Assembly: GCA_036149055.1 (NCBI GenBank)
Contig: JAYZQJ010000078.1
Span: 23,519-87,518 of the forward strand
Length of the DNA stretch: 64,000 bases
Source of the DNA: Myxococcota bacterium
GTDB lineage: Bacteria; Myxococcota_A; Polyangia; Polyangiales; Sandaracinaceae
Direction of reading: 5' to 3'
The position numbers were made by a program, and so were the translations under genes. This document shows positions 28,212-39,742 of this stretch, piece after piece. Below the pieces are notes generated by a model. That model was not told the origin of the DNA and searched no databases. It saw only the letters and a program-made list of their open reading frames with translations. The first letter of the stretch is position 1; each line of letters starts with the position of its first letter.

Positions 28212-28874
28212 TCAGTGCTTGAGCAGCGGCTGTCCCTCGAGCTCGGGGGCTCGCGGCGCCTGGGTGGGATCGAAGCCGAGCTTGCGCATCTGCACCGCGG
28301 CCTCGAAGAGGTAGTCGTAACACTCGGCGTGGGTCTTGGCCTTCACCCAGTCCTCGCCCCACACGTACACGCCGTGGCGCCGCACCAGGACCGCGTGGCT
28401 CTGGGGGTAGGCCTCGATCGCGGCGGCCATCGAGTCGGCGAGGTCGTGCTCGTGCGCCGTGTTCTCGATGATCGGGACGACCAGCTCGTCGTGATATCCG
28501 ACGCCGGTGATGCCCTTCATCATCTCGAGGTGCGTGACCCGGAAGGCGTCCTCGAAGAGCAGGGTCGCGAGCATCGCGTTGACGCTGTGGCTGTGCAGCA
28601 CCGCGCCGGCGTCCCGCAGCCGGAAGGCGTTGTAGAAGAGCGGCGCGCAGGCGCTCACCTTCGCGGCGCCGGCCGGCGCCTCGACCACCTCCCCCTCCGC
28701 GTCGAGCACGAAGAGGTCCTCGGGCCGGAGGCGCTCCTTCTGCACCCCCGACGGCGCCATGTAGACGCGCTCGCCCTCGCGGACGCTGATGCCCCCGCCG
28801 GTCCCGCTGACCCAGCCCAGGTCGTAGAACTGGCGGCACAGCTCACAGATGATCTCGCGCGGGTCCTGGGTCAC
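28212..28874 (-). CDS. mtnB: Methylthioribulose-1-phosphate dehydratase (class II aldolase fold)
   Basis: GTG 28874. [71 protein letters not shown]. Confidence 0.93.
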   Translation of the reverse strand: MTQDPREIICELCRQFYDLGWVSGTGGGISVREGERVYMAPSGVQKERLRPEDLFVLDAEGEVVEAPAGAAKVSACAPLFYNAFRLRDAGAVLHSHSVNAMLATLLFEDAFRVTHLEMMKGITGVGYHDELVVPIIENTAHEHDLADSMAAAIEAYPQSHAVLVRRHGVYVWGEDWVKAKTHAECYDYLFEAAVQMRKLGFDPTQAPRAPELEGQPLLKH

Positions 28875-28980
28875 GACGTCCTCCGAAGCGAGAGAGGGTA
28901 TCGAACCGGCCGTGAGGCGCAACCGCCGGCTGGACGCCGATCGGCGGCGTGTCATGAGACGGGGCGGCGGTGACGGACGC

Positions 28981-30243
28981 GTGGGCTGGGAAGGCTGGGT
29001 CGTCTCGGGGATCGTGGTCGCGCTGGTCACCGGGCTGGCGCGCGAGGTGGCGTCGCCCCCGAAGGTGTTCGCCGCGGCGCTGGCCGCCCTGGTGGCGCTC
29101 TCGCCCGCCTCGCCACGCCTGCCCGACGCGGGCGCCCTGCTCGCGGCGTTCGGCAACGAGGCGCTCTGGACCATCGCCGCGCTCTTCGTGCTGAGCGGCG
29201 GCGTCACCCGCTCCGGCGCGCTCGCGCACGTGACCCGCTGGCTCGGCCGCCCGCGCTCGGTGGCCGGCGCGCAGCTGCGGCTGATGGCGCCGGTGATCGG
29301 GGCGAGCGCGGTGCTGAACAACACCCCGGTGGTCGCGATGATGATCCCGGTCGTGAAGGGCTGGGCTCGCGAGGCGGGGCTCGACCCGCGCAAGCTGCTG
29401 CTCCCGTTGAGCTACGCCGCGGTGCTCGGCGGGGTCTGCACCCTCATCGGCACGAGCACCAACCTCGTCGTGCAGGGGCTGCTCCGCCAGGCCGACCTGC
29501 CCACCTTCGGCTTCTTCACGCTCGGCTGGATCGGCGCCCCGGTCGCGGCGGCCGGCGTGCTCTACGTGCTCGCCGTCTCCCGCTTCTGGTCGCCGCGCCC
29601 CCGAGACGGCGCCCCGGACGTGGACCTCCCCGAGACGGTCGAGGGCCACCCGGGGCGCGCCGCCGTTCTGCTCGCGCTCTTCGTCGCCTCGGCCGCGCTC
29701 GAGCCGATCACCGGGGTCCCGGTCGTGGTCAGCGCGGTGGTCGCGGCGGCGCTCTCGGTCGCGCTCCGGGTGCTGTCCTTCGAGGCGGCCTGGCGCAGCG
29801 TCGACGGCGGCCTGCTCCTCTGCATCGGCGCGGCGCTCGCGCTCGCGAAGGCCCTCGAGCAGAGCGGGGCGGCGGGCGCGGCGGCGGACGCGCTCATGTC
29901 GCTCCTGGCTCCGCTCGGCGCCTGGGGCGCGCTCGCCGGCGTCTATCTCGTGACCTTGCTCTTGACCGAGGCGGTGACCAACAACGCGGCCGCGGCCCTC
30001 GGCTTCCCGCTCGCGGTCGCCGCCGCGGCCCAGGTCGACGCGCCGATCACGCCCTTCGCCATCGCCGTCGGCATCGCCGCGAGCGGCGGCTTCGCCACCC
30101 CGATGGGCTACCAGACCCACATGATGGTCTTCCTCGCCGGCCGCTACCGCTTCCGCGACGTCGCCCTGCTCGGCCTCGGCCTCGACCTCGTCGTCATGGC
30201 GGTCGCGCTCACCCTGATCCCCCTCGTCTTCCCCCTCCGTTGA
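28981..30243 (+). CDS. SLC13/CitMHS (DASS-like) anion transporter lacking TrkA-C domains; start may be ATG 28954
   Basis: Many TMs; [60 protein letters not shown]. Confidence 0.85.
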   Translation: MGWEGWVVSGIVVALVTGLAREVASPPKVFAAALAALVALSPASPRLPDAGALLAAFGNEALWTIAALFVLSGGVTRSGALAHVTRWLGRPRSVAGAQLRLMAPVIGASAVLNNTPVVAMMIPVVKGWAREAGLDPRKLLLPLSYAAVLGGVCTLIGTSTNLVVQGLLRQADLPTFGFFTLGWIGAPVAAAGVLYVLAVSRFWSPRPRDGAPDVDLPETVEGHPGRAAVLLALFVASAALEPITGVPVVVSAVVAAALSVALRVLSFEAAWRSVDGGLLLCIGAALALAKALEQSGAAGAAADALMSLLAPLGAWGALAGVYLVTLLLTEAVTNNAAAALGFPLAVAAAAQVDAPITPFAIAVGIAASGGFATPMGYQTHMMVFLAGRYRFRDVALLGLGLDLVVMAVALTLIPLVFPLR

Positions 30244-31242
30244 TCACGGGAGGCGGAGGCCGACGCCGATCTGGAAGATGAGCTCGGCCGGGTCGTCGGC
30301 GTCCTCGGGGGCGTCGGTGGGGAGCGGGATCCAGTCGTCGACGACGAAGAAGCGCGGCGTGATGTCGAGGGCGACGTCGTGGTCGAGCAGGATCGAGACC
30401 GGGGCGTCCCAGGCGATGTACCAGGTGGGGTCGCGGTCGCTGCGGAGCATCAGGCCGAGCTCGGGGCCGACGATGGAGCTGAAGGTCGGCAGCCGGACGA
30501 CGGTGCGCTCGTAGCGGTTGTAGAGCGCGTCGCCGATGCCGATCGCGGCGATCCACTCCGCCTCCTGGCCGCGGTCCGCCCGGTAGAGGAAGTGCGCCTT
30601 CAGCGAGGCGCCGATCTGGTCGCCCACGATCGCGTCGACCAGCGAGTCGCCGAAGTCGCGCTCGTCGGAGTCCCGCGCGCGGTGGAGGAAGATCCAGTCG
30701 GCGGCGACGCTGCCCCCGACCCAGGTGCCGGGGGTCTCGGCCAGGGTGGCCACCGCCAGCTCGATCGACAGCTCGAGGCGGTCGCCGCGCTCGCGGTGCT
30801 CGCTCACCCAGCGCGGGTCCTCGGCGTGGCGCGCCTCCTCGTCCCGCGTCGCCTCGCGCCAGGCGCCTTCGCCCGGGTGGCTCTGGAGCCCGAGGAGCTG
30901 CACGCGGGGGTCGCCCCGCAGCGCGTCGAGCTCGGCGGAGTAGCCGGCGACGTCGGTGGGCCAGCCGGAGACCCGCGCGATCGGCGCGGCGACGCGATAG
31001 ATCGAGCCGGTCCCGGGGCAGGCGGGCGGCGCGCAGGCGATCTCCTCGACCACCGGCGCGCAGCGCTCGGCGCAGGCGCTCACCGGGTCTGCGCCCGCGC
31101 GGCTGAAGGCGCGGTCCGGGGCGATCCAGATCGCGGGGACCTCCGCCTGGAGGGAGAGCAGCCCGCCGACCCGGGCCGCGCCGTCCTGGGCGGCGGCGGG
31201 GGCGGCGAGGAGCAGCGAAGCGAAGAGCGGGAGCCAGCGCAT
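30244..31242 (-). CDS. Hypothetical exported protein, C-terminal part probably beta-strand rich
   Basis: ATG 31242 with signal peptide MRWLPLFASLLLAAPAAAQ; Cys cluster near the N-terminus; ends ELIFQIGVGLRLP. Confidence 0.6.
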   Translation of the reverse strand: MRWLPLFASLLLAAPAAAQDGAARVGGLLSLQAEVPAIWIAPDRAFSRAGADPVSACAERCAPVVEEIACAPPACPGTGSIYRVAAPIARVSGWPTDVAGYSAELDALRGDPRVQLLGLQSHPGEGAWREATRDEEARHAEDPRWVSEHRERGDRLELSIELAVATLAETPGTWVGGSVAADWIFLHRARDSDERDFGDSLVDAIVGDQIGASLKAHFLYRADRGQEAEWIAAIGIGDALYNRYERTVVRLPTFSSIVGPELGLMLRSDRDPTWYIAWDAPVSILLDHDVALDITPRFFVVDDWIPLPTDAPEDADDPAELIFQIGVGLRLP

Positions 31243-31300
31243 GGGCGGCTCCGACGCGCCGCTCGGGCAAACGATCTCCGTTTTGATAGGCTCCGCCCCG

Positions 31301-32596
31301 ATGGCACGTCGCAGTCCCAACAAGCACATCAACCTGAACGTCCGAGGCATGCGCGCCTCGGCGACCGTCGCGATCAACGAGCACAGCAACGCGCTGCTCG
31401 CCGAGGGCCGGACCGTCTACAAGCTGGGGCTCGGGCAGTCGCCCTTCCCCGTGCCGCGCTCGGTGGTCGACGCCCTGCGGGACCACGCGCCCGAGAAGGA
31501 CTACCTGCCGGTCCGCGGCCTCTACGATCTGCGCCGCGCGGTGGCCCACTACACCGAGCGCAAGGCGGGCATCGACCGGACCGCCGAGGACGTGCTCATC
31601 GGCCCCGGCAGCAAGGAGCTGATGTTCCTGCTCCAGCTCGTCTACTACGGCGACCTGCTCATCCCGACCCCGGCCTGGGTCTCGTACGCGCCGCAGGCGC
31701 AGATCATCGGACGCAAGGTCGAGCTGGTGCAGACCCGCGCCGAGGACGGCTGGATGCTGACCCCCGAGGCGCTCGACGAGGCGTGCTCGCGCGACTCGGA
31801 CCGGCCGCGGGTGGTGATCCTCAACTACCCCTCCAACCCGACCGGCTCGACCTACAAGGTCGACCAGCTCAAGGCGATCGCGAAGGTCGCCCAGAAGCAC
31901 GGGGTGCTGCTGCTCTCGGACGAGATCTACGGCGAGCTCCACCACAAGGGTCAGCACGTCTCGATCGCGCGCTACTACCCCGAGGGCACCATCATCAGCG
32001 CCGGGCTCAGCAAGTGGTGCGGCGCGGGCGGCTGGCGGCTCGGCACCTTCGTCTTCCCGGAGTCGCTGCGCTGGCTGCTCGACGCGATGGGCGCGGTGGC
32101 GAGCGAGACCTACACGTCGACCAGCGCGCCGATCCAGTACGCGGCGGTCACCGCCTTCGAGGGCGGCGCCGGCATCGAGCGCTACCTCCAGAACTCGCGC
32201 CGCATCCTCAGCGCGCTCGGCCGCTGGTGCGCGCGGCACCTGCGCGGCGCGGGCGTCGAGTGCCCGCAGCCGGTCGGCGGCTTCTACCTCTTCCCCGACT
32301 TCAGCGCGCACGCCGAGGCGCTCGCGGCCCGCGGGATCACCGACGCGCCGACCCTCTGCGCGCGGCTCCTGGACGAGACCGGGGTGGCGATCCTGCCGGG
32401 CTCGCAGTTCGGGCGGCCGCCGGAGGAGCTGACCGCGCGGCTGGCCTACGTCGACTTCGACGGCGATCGCGCGCTGGAGGCGGTGGCGGTGATCCCGAAG
32501 GAGCAGCCGCTCGACGAGACCTTCCTGAAGCGGCACTGCGGCAAGGTCGTGGCCGCCATCCAGGCGATGGCGCGCTGGGTGGAAGCTGGCGCCTGA
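31301..32596 (+). CDS. PLP-dependent aminotransferase, class I/II
   Basis: LGLGQSPFP, GPGSKE, PAWVSY, NYPSNPTG, SDEIY, GLSKWCGAGGWRLG (PLP lysine), GGFYLF. Confidence 0.92.
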   Translation: MARRSPNKHINLNVRGMRASATVAINEHSNALLAEGRTVYKLGLGQSPFPVPRSVVDALRDHAPEKDYLPVRGLYDLRRAVAHYTERKAGIDRTAEDVLIGPGSKELMFLLQLVYYGDLLIPTPAWVSYAPQAQIIGRKVELVQTRAEDGWMLTPEALDEACSRDSDRPRVVILNYPSNPTGSTYKVDQLKAIAKVAQKHGVLLLSDEIYGELHHKGQHVSIARYYPEGTIISAGLSKWCGAGGWRLGTFVFPESLRWLLDAMGAVASETYTSTSAPIQYAAVTAFEGGAGIERYLQNSRRILSALGRWCARHLRGAGVECPQPVGGFYLFPDFSAHAEALAARGITDAPTLCARLLDETGVAILPGSQFGRPPEELTARLAYVDFDGDRALEAVAVIPKEQPLDETFLKRHCGKVVAAIQAMARWVEAGA

Positions 32597-32621
32597 TCCA
32601 CCCCGGCCCTATCTGGGCCGC

Positions 32622-33455
32622 ATGCGACATCTGTGGGTGGGAGTCCTCGCGTGGGCGCTGGCGGCGCCGGCCCTCGCGCAAGACGCGGAAGAGGCGGAGC
32701 CGGAGTTCGGCGTGCGCGGCACGGTCGAGCTCGGGTTCCTCGCGGTGCTGGATCACGACATCCAGCTCGGCACCGACGGCACGTTCATCGACTACCCGAG
32801 CGACCTCGAGCAGTCGAACCTCTACTTCGTGCCGCGCCTGTCGGTCGAGGTCGACATCTGGCGGCAGCATCACCTGACGTTCCTCTACCAGCCGCTCGAC
32901 ATCACCTCGACCGCGACCCTGCGGCGGGATCTGAGGATCGACGGGCTGGACTATCCGGAGGGCACGCCGGTGCGCGCGCGCTACGGCTTCCCCTTCTACC
33001 GGCTGAGCTGGGACTTCGACGTGCTGCCGGAGCGCGACACGCTGCTCGCGTTCGGCCTCGGGCTGCAGCTCCGGAACGCGACCATCGAGTTCGAGAGCCT
33101 CGACGGCGAGCGCTACCGGAGCCGCAACGACGTCGGCCCGGTGCCGCTGCTCCGCGCGCGCGGCCGCTTCCCGGTGGCCAACCGCTTCTTCTTCGCCTTC
33201 GAGATCGACGGCTTCTACGCGCCGATCAGCGTGCTCAACGGCAGCGACACCGAGGTGCAGGGCGCCATCCTCGACGCGAGCCTCCGCTTCGGCTGGCGCT
33301 TCATGGACCACGCCGACGCGTTCCTGAACGTGCGCTACCTGGCCGGAGGCGCGTCGGGCGCGGGCGATCCCACGCCGACCAGCGACGGCGTGCAGAGCAA
33401 CTGGCTGCACTTCCTGGTGGTCAGCCTCGGCGCGACGATCGACAGCCGGCCCTGA
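32622..33455 (+). CDS. Hypothetical exported protein, probable outer-membrane beta-barrel
   Basis: Signal peptide (ALAQ) and alternating hydrophobic beta-strands throughout. Confidence 0.6.
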   Translation: MRHLWVGVLAWALAAPALAQDAEEAEPEFGVRGTVELGFLAVLDHDIQLGTDGTFIDYPSDLEQSNLYFVPRLSVEVDIWRQHHLTFLYQPLDITSTATLRRDLRIDGLDYPEGTPVRARYGFPFYRLSWDFDVLPERDTLLAFGLGLQLRNATIEFESLDGERYRSRNDVGPVPLLRARGRFPVANRFFFAFEIDGFYAPISVLNGSDTEVQGAILDASLRFGWRFMDHADAFLNVRYLAGGASGAGDPTPTSDGVQSNWLHFLVVSLGATIDSRP

Positions 33456-33462
33456 CGTCCGG

Positions 33463-33490
33463 TTGACTTCGGTCCCCCAGGTGATACAGA
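33463..33490 (+). promoter_or_regulatory. Possible sigma70-type promoter for speD-speE
   Basis: TTGACT at 33463-33468, then TGaTACAGA (extended -10-like) at 33482-33490; the -10 match is imperfect. Confidence 0.3.
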
Positions 33491-33620
33491 CGCCACCTCG
33501 TTCGAGGCAGGACGCGGACGCTCCATCGTGAAGCACACCGCTCCGGCCGACGGCGGGGCTTGGTGACCGGAGGCGCGCTCGGCGCCAGCCGCCGGTCTTC
33601 CTCTCGACAGGAGGGCGAGG

Positions 33621-34078
33621 ATGGACACCCGGGGACGACATCTGCTGGTCGAGTACCACGGCTGCAGCGAGGCGATGCTCGATGACCTGGAGGGGGTCGA
33701 GGCGCTCATGAATCGCGCCGCGGTGGCCGCGAACACGAGCGTCGTGGCCTCCGTCTTCCATCCCTTCCAGCCCCAGGGCGTGAGCGGCGTGGTGGTGATC
33801 GAGGAGTCCCACCTCTCCATCCACACCTGGCCGGAGTACGGCTACGCCGCGGTCGACTTCTACACCTGCGGCCAGGGCGTCCCCGAGGAGGCGCACGCCG
33901 TGCTGCTCGAGGGCCTCGAGGCCACGGGGGCCGAGGTGATGACCGTCGACCGTGGGCTCGGGCTGCCCGGCCGCGGCTGCCGGATCCGGAGCCACGTGGC
34001 GAGCTCCCCGCGCGGCGGCACCGTCAGCGTGCGCGCCCCCGAGACGATGCCCCCGCCGGCCTCCGTCGAGGTCAGCCC

Positions 34079-34082
<4 letters not shown>
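33621..34082 (+). CDS. speD: S-adenosylmethionine decarboxylase proenzyme (short, class 1B type)
   Basis: RBS AGGAGG; GRHLL, FHPFQPQGVSGVVVIEESHLSIHTWPE (ES cleavage site), AAVDFYTCG; coupled to speE. Confidence 0.9.
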
Positions 34083-34905
<823 letters not shown>

Positions 34906-34927
<22 letters not shown>

Positions 34928-35988
34928 CGCCGGGCGTGCTCGAGCAGGGCGCCCTGCACCGACACCCGCTCGTCGCCGGCCACCACCTCGACCGCGTGCA
35001 GCGCGAAGCGCCCCTCGGTCCAGTCGAGCAGGCTCAGGAGCGACTCGAAGAGGCTGGCCCCCAGCTGGCCGCCGGGGAGCTCGACGCTGACGATCATTCC
35101 GTCGACGAGGCCGATCTTGGCCTCGCCGCCCGGGCGCGCGATCGCCAGCACGCCGGTCCGACGCTCGGCCTCGGCGAACGCGAGCAGGCTGGCGAGCGCG
35201 ACCTGCTCGAGCGAGCCGCTCATGCCCTCGTCCGAGACGCCCTCCCGGCGGGCTCGGGCGACCACCCGCCGCACCCGCGCGAGCAGCTCCTCGGCCGCCG
35301 ACGGCTTGGCGATGAAGTCGTCGATGCCGAGCTCGTAGCCTTTGATGCGGTCGGCGTCGGAGTCGAGCGTGGTCAGGAAGACGACGGGCACGCTCTTGGT
35401 CTTGTCGCGCGCGCGCAGCAGCCGCAGCAGCTGCCAGCCGTCCATCACCGGCATGGTCACGTCGGTGAGGACGAGGTCCGGCGGCTCCTTCATCGCCTTG
35501 CCCAGCGCGTCGAGCCCGTGCTCGGCCTCGGTCACCCGGTGCCCCGCGCTCTTCAGCGCCGTCGCCACCGCGCCGCGGTAGCTCGTGGAGTCGTCGACCA
35601 CCAGCACGTGGATCGGCGCGTCGCCCGCCTGCTCCTCCGCGTCCACCGTCGCGCTGAGGAACACCGCGATCCGGGCCGCGAGGGGCGCGATGTCCGCCTC
35701 GAGGAACTTCATGCCCATGCCGGGCTGACGGCCGGTCTTCTCGGCCTCCTCCGGCGAGAGGGTGTAGGCGACCTCGGCCGGCACGCGCGCCGCGGGGCCC
35801 TCGTCGGGCAGCTCCATCTGCAGCTGCACCCGCGAGCCGGGCGGGAGCTGGTGGGTGGAGGTGACGAAGAGGCCGCCCCGGCTGATGTCGTCGGTGTAGG
35901 CGGTCACCAGCTCCTCGACGGAACGGAAACGCACCTTGATGCGCGCCGCGAAGCGCGGGGCGCGCCTGCGATCGGTCCCGTCGGTCAT
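34906..35988 (-). CDS. PilZ-receiver-DUF4388-like response regulator
   Basis: ATG 35988. PilZ motifs RRAPR and DISRGG; REC VVDD, TDVTMPVMDG, FLTT, KP; C-terminal MSGSL..VALASLL...LLDWTEGRF. Confidence 0.88.
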
Positions 35989-36062
35989 GCGGCCCGCATT
36001 CTGCCACACATCCACGAATGGGGGCGTGATTGCAGCTGCGAGGGCGCGCAGGGTCGAGGGCG

Positions 36063-37058
36063 TCAACTCCAGCTGAGCACCAGCTTGCCGAAGGTGTCGT
36101 TCTTCTCCATGCGCGCGTGCGCCTCGGCGATCTCGGTCATCGGCATCACGTCGTCGACCACCGGCTGAAGCGCGCCGCCCTCCCCGAACAGCGGGGCGAT
36201 CCGACTGGCGAAGGTCTGGGCCAGCGCCGCCTTCTCCTCGAGCGGCCGGCTCCGCAGCACCGATCCGTGGAGCGTGAGCCGCTTGCGCAGGAGCGCGCCC
36301 ATCGGGAAATTCGCCTCGCGCCCGCCCATGAGCCCCAGGGTCACCATGCGGCCGCGGACGGCGAGCGCGGCGAGGTTCTCCTCGAGGTAGGCGCCGCCGA
36401 TCAGATCGAGCACGACCTCGACCCCATGGCCTCCGGTCAGCTCGCGGGCCTGCTCGGCGAACTTCCCGCCCTTCACGTGCACGGCGTGCGGCAGGCCGAG
36501 CTCGGCGCAGCGATCGAGCTTCTCCTCGGTGCGCGAGGTGCCGATGACCCGCGCGCCGGCGAGGCGGGCGAGCTGGAGCGCCGCGGTGCCGACGCCGCTC
36601 GCCACCGCGTGCACGAGCACGTGCTCCCCCGCGGCGAGGACGGCCTGGGCGAAGAGCGCGTCGTAGGCGGTGAGGAACGCCTCGGGGATGGCCGCGGCGT
36701 GCGAGAGCGCGAGCCCCTCCGGCACCCGGATCAGCTCCCGCTCGTGCACCAGGAGGTGGGTGGCCATCGCCCCGCCCCCGACGATGCCCATGACCGCGTC
36801 GCCGCTCGTGAAGCTGGTCACGCCGTCTCCGACCGCCGCCACCCGGCCCGCGAACTCGAGCCCGGGCACGTCGGCGGGCACGCCGGGAGGCGCCGGGTAC
36901 AGGCCGCGCCGCTGCATGAGGTCGGCCCGGTTCAGGCCGGCGGCGGCGACCTCGACGAGGACCTGTCCGGCGCCCGGGTCGTCGACCGGGACGCGGTCGA
37001 TGTGCAGGACCTCGGGCCCGCCGGGCTCCTTGATGCGGACTGCGCGCGCGATGGGCAT
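36063..37058 (-). CDS. NAD(P)H-quinone oxidoreductase (MDR/PIG3 family)
   Basis: GGPEVL, AAGLNRADLMQRRGLYP, PGLEFAG, AAIPEAFLTA, VHAVASGVG, GSVLRSR, GKLVL. Confidence 0.92.
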   Translation of the reverse strand: MPIARAVRIKEPGGPEVLHIDRVPVDDPGAGQVLVEVAAAGLNRADLMQRRGLYPAPPGVPADVPGLEFAGRVAAVGDGVTSFTSGDAVMGIVGGGAMATHLLVHERELIRVPEGLALSHAAAIPEAFLTAYDALFAQAVLAAGEHVLVHAVASGVGTAALQLARLAGARVIGTSRTEEKLDRCAELGLPHAVHVKGGKFAEQARELTGGHGVEVVLDLIGGAYLEENLAALAVRGRMVTLGLMGGREANFPMGALLRKRLTLHGSVLRSRPLEEKAALAQTFASRIAPLFGEGGALQPVVDDVMPMTEIAEAHARMEKNDTFGKLVLSWS

Positions 37059-37095
37059 GCCGCGATGATAGACCCACGCGCCCGGGGCGCGAGCG

Positions 37096-38769
37096 TCATT
37101 CCCGACCCGGCCGGGAGCGCAGCACGACCGCGGCTCGCCCGGGCAAGCGGATCGACAGCACCCCGCGCGCCCCGACCCGCCACGGGACGTCCGTCGCCTC
37201 GAGCGCGTCGAAGAGCAGCGTCCCTTCGCCGAAGCCGGTCGGCACCTCGGCGACCGAGTCGTCGAGCGAGGCGTTGAGCACGGTCAGGAGTCGCTCGTCC
37301 TCGAACGCGCGCTCCCACGCGAGCATGCCCGCGTCCGCCTCCGGCGCCTCGTCCGCGCCGCCCGAGCGCGACGCGTAGCGCACCTCGAGCGTACCCCGGC
37401 GCAGGGCGAGCGAGCCCCGGCGGAGCGCGGTCAGCCGCGCGACGTGGGCGAACATCGGGTGGCCCTCGTCGAAGCCGGCCGCGCGCCACAGCGGCTCGCG
37501 GGAGAGGTGGTGCCGCGTCCCGTCGAGCCCCTGCTCGGTGCCGTAGTAGATGACCGGCATCCCGTCGACGGTCATCACCGCGGTGAGCGCGATCTCGACC
37601 GCGAGGGGATCGTCGAGCTCGCCGCGCAGCCGGAAGACGTCGTGGTTGTCGCCGAACACCGCGCGCGCCGACCACGGATCGATCCCGATCCCGCCCGGCT
37701 GGCCCGAGGCCGGGAAGAACGAGCGGTTCGTCGACAGCGCCGGGACCGCGACCGAGGGCGGGCGGCCCTCGAGGATCACGCCGTTGATGAGCGTCTCCTT
37801 GAGGTCGAAGGCGAACACGCTGTCGAGCTGGTCGAGCTCGGTGTAGCGGGCGAGCGTCTCGGGGCGGGTGACGAAGACCTCCCCGAGAAGCAGGAAACGC
37901 TCCTTGCCGATCTCGGCCAGCCGGCGCCGGAGCCGCGCGTCGAAGCTCGCCCAGAACGCCCGGCCCGCGTGGGGCACCGCGTCGATCCGGAAGCCGTCCA
38001 CGTCGGTCTGCTCCACCCACCAGACGTGCGTGTCGACCAGCAGGTCCACCACCTCGGGGCGCTCGGTGTCGAGGTCGCGCAGCCCGGTCGGGAAGTCGCC
38101 GAGCTCCTTCTGGAGGGGATCCGAGAGATCCCCGAAGCCGCGGCGGTGGAAGTGCTCGGGGCCCAGGGTCACGCGCTCGTATCCATCGCCCACCGCTCGC
38201 CACATGCGAGGCGCGTGCGAGAAGAGGAGCGGCGCCTCGTAGGGCGGGTCGGCGTAGGGAGGCTCGACCTCGCCCGGGTCGATCTCCCCATCGGCGTCCA
38301 GGTCGTAGGTGAAGACGCGCCCCGCGTGGTTGGGCACCACGTCGAGGATCACCAGCATGTCCCTCGCGTGCGCCTCGTCGACCAGCCCGCGCAGCTCCTC
38401 GAGGGTGCCGAAGCGAGGGTTCGCCTCGGTGAAGTCGCTCGGCCAGTACCCGTGATAGCCGTCCTCGCTCTCGGTGCGCTGCACGTTGGCGTAGGGCGGC
38501 GAGAGCCAGATCGCGGTGACGCCGAGCGCCTCCAGGTAGTCGAGCCGCCCGCGCACCCCCGCCCAGTCGCCCCCCTGGAAGCGCGCGAGGTCGTCCGGCT
38601 CGGGCCCGATCCCCTCGAGCACGTCGTTGCCCGGATCGCCGTCGTCGAACCGGTCGACCACGATCTGGTAGACGATCTCGTCCCGCCAGTCGTCCGCGTG
38701 CGTCCGCACCGCCGCGTCGGCGGGCGGCTCACAGCCGGCGAGACAGACCAGGAGAAGCGCCCAACGCAC
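37096..38769 (-). CDS. GH13 alpha-amylase-family lipoprotein
   Basis: GTG 38769 and lipobox LAGC. YQIVVDRF, GGDWAG, YHGYW, DVVPNH, catalytic DGFRIDAVPH, GEVF and DNHD, GMPVIYYGTEQ. Confidence 0.92.
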   Translation of the reverse strand: MRWALLLVCLAGCEPPADAAVRTHADDWRDEIVYQIVVDRFDDGDPGNDVLEGIGPEPDDLARFQGGDWAGVRGRLDYLEALGVTAIWLSPPYANVQRTESEDGYHGYWPSDFTEANPRFGTLEELRGLVDEAHARDMLVILDVVPNHAGRVFTYDLDADGEIDPGEVEPPYADPPYEAPLLFSHAPRMWRAVGDGYERVTLGPEHFHRRGFGDLSDPLQKELGDFPTGLRDLDTERPEVVDLLVDTHVWWVEQTDVDGFRIDAVPHAGRAFWASFDARLRRRLAEIGKERFLLLGEVFVTRPETLARYTELDQLDSVFAFDLKETLINGVILEGRPPSVAVPALSTNRSFFPASGQPGGIGIDPWSARAVFGDNHDVFRLRGELDDPLAVEIALTAVMTVDGMPVIYYGTEQGLDGTRHHLSREPLWRAAGFDEGHPMFAHVARLTALRRGSLALRRGTLEVRYASRSGGADEAPEADAGMLAWERAFEDERLLTVLNASLDDSVAEVPTGFGEGTLLFDALEATDVPWRVGARGVLSIRLPGRAAVVLRSRPGRE

Positions 38770-38820
38770 GCCGCCACTATGAGGCCTGGGCTCCGGAGCG
38801 CCCACTCCCGGAAGCCACCT

Positions 38821-39687
38821 TCAGAGTGAGATCGAGCCGAGCAGCGGCACGGTGCCGACCCGGACGCTCGGGTCGATCGCGGTGAGGGCGTCGACGAGCC
38901 GGGGCATGCGCATCGCGGGGAGCGGGCGGGCGCCGGCGTCCATGGGGCGGAAGAAGTTGTCCCAGTGGCTCAGGAGCACGGCGCCCGGGCGGAGCGCGCC
39001 CATGACGCGCGGGGCGAAGCGCTCGGTGGTGGTCCAGCCGGCCACGCACATCAAGAGGAGGTCGACGTCCCGCTCGGGGTAGGCGTCGAGCAGGTCCGCG
39101 CTGCCCAGGTGGTAGAGCCGCCGACCGGCGACCCGGATGTCGACCCCGAAGACCGCGCCACAGCGATACTCGTGCGTGCGGAGCGGGATCTGGTCGCAGT
39201 CGCTGATGTCGCCCGGCGACGGGATGCGCCCGAACGCGAAGGCGGAGTGCACGCTCGGCACGAAGCGGAGCTCGAACGGCCCGACCTCGGCGCGGGAGGG
39301 CTCGCGGCCGCGGCTCTCGACGTCGACCACCTGCGTCTCGGGCACGCCCTCGAGGCGGCAGAGGTGCACGCACGAGCGGGAGCCGTAGACGGTGGCCCCG
39401 GTGCGCTTCGCGATGGCCGGCACGTCGAGCACGTGGTCGAAGTGGGTGTGACCGGCGACGATGGCGTCGGCGCGGGGGGCGTGGCGCGCGACGAGCGCGG
39501 GGTCGCTCGACAGGCCCCCGAGGAGCCGGCGCAATGGAGCGCGCGTCACGTAGGGGTCGACGAGCACGGTGAAACCGTCGTGCTCGATCGCGAAGCCGGC
39601 CGTGCCCAGCCAGGTCACGGTGATGGGGCCGCGCTGGGCGGGGACCTCGAAGTCGCGAGGGCCGAACGAGAGGTCTTCGGGGCGCAC
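38821..39687 (-). CDS. Metallo-beta-lactamase-fold hydrolase
   Basis: GTG 39687. WLGTAGF, VDPY, GHTHFDH, SVHS, GSAD, SHWDNF. Confidence 0.88.
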   Translation of the reverse strand: MRPEDLSFGPRDFEVPAQRGPITVTWLGTAGFAIEHDGFTVLVDPYVTRAPLRRLLGGLSSDPALVARHAPRADAIVAGHTHFDHVLDVPAIAKRTGATVYGSRSCVHLCRLEGVPETQVVDVESRGREPSRAEVGPFELRFVPSVHSAFAFGRIPSPGDISDCDQIPLRTHEYRCGAVFGVDIRVAGRRLYHLGSADLLDAYPERDVDLLLMCVAGWTTTERFAPRVMGALRPGAVLLSHWDNFFRPMDAGARPLPAMRMPRLVDALTAIDPSVRVGTVPLLGSISL

Positions 39688-39742
39688 GGCGCGGAGCGTA
39701 TCACCTGGACAGCGCGCGAGCGGCCGTGCGTCAATGCGCGCG

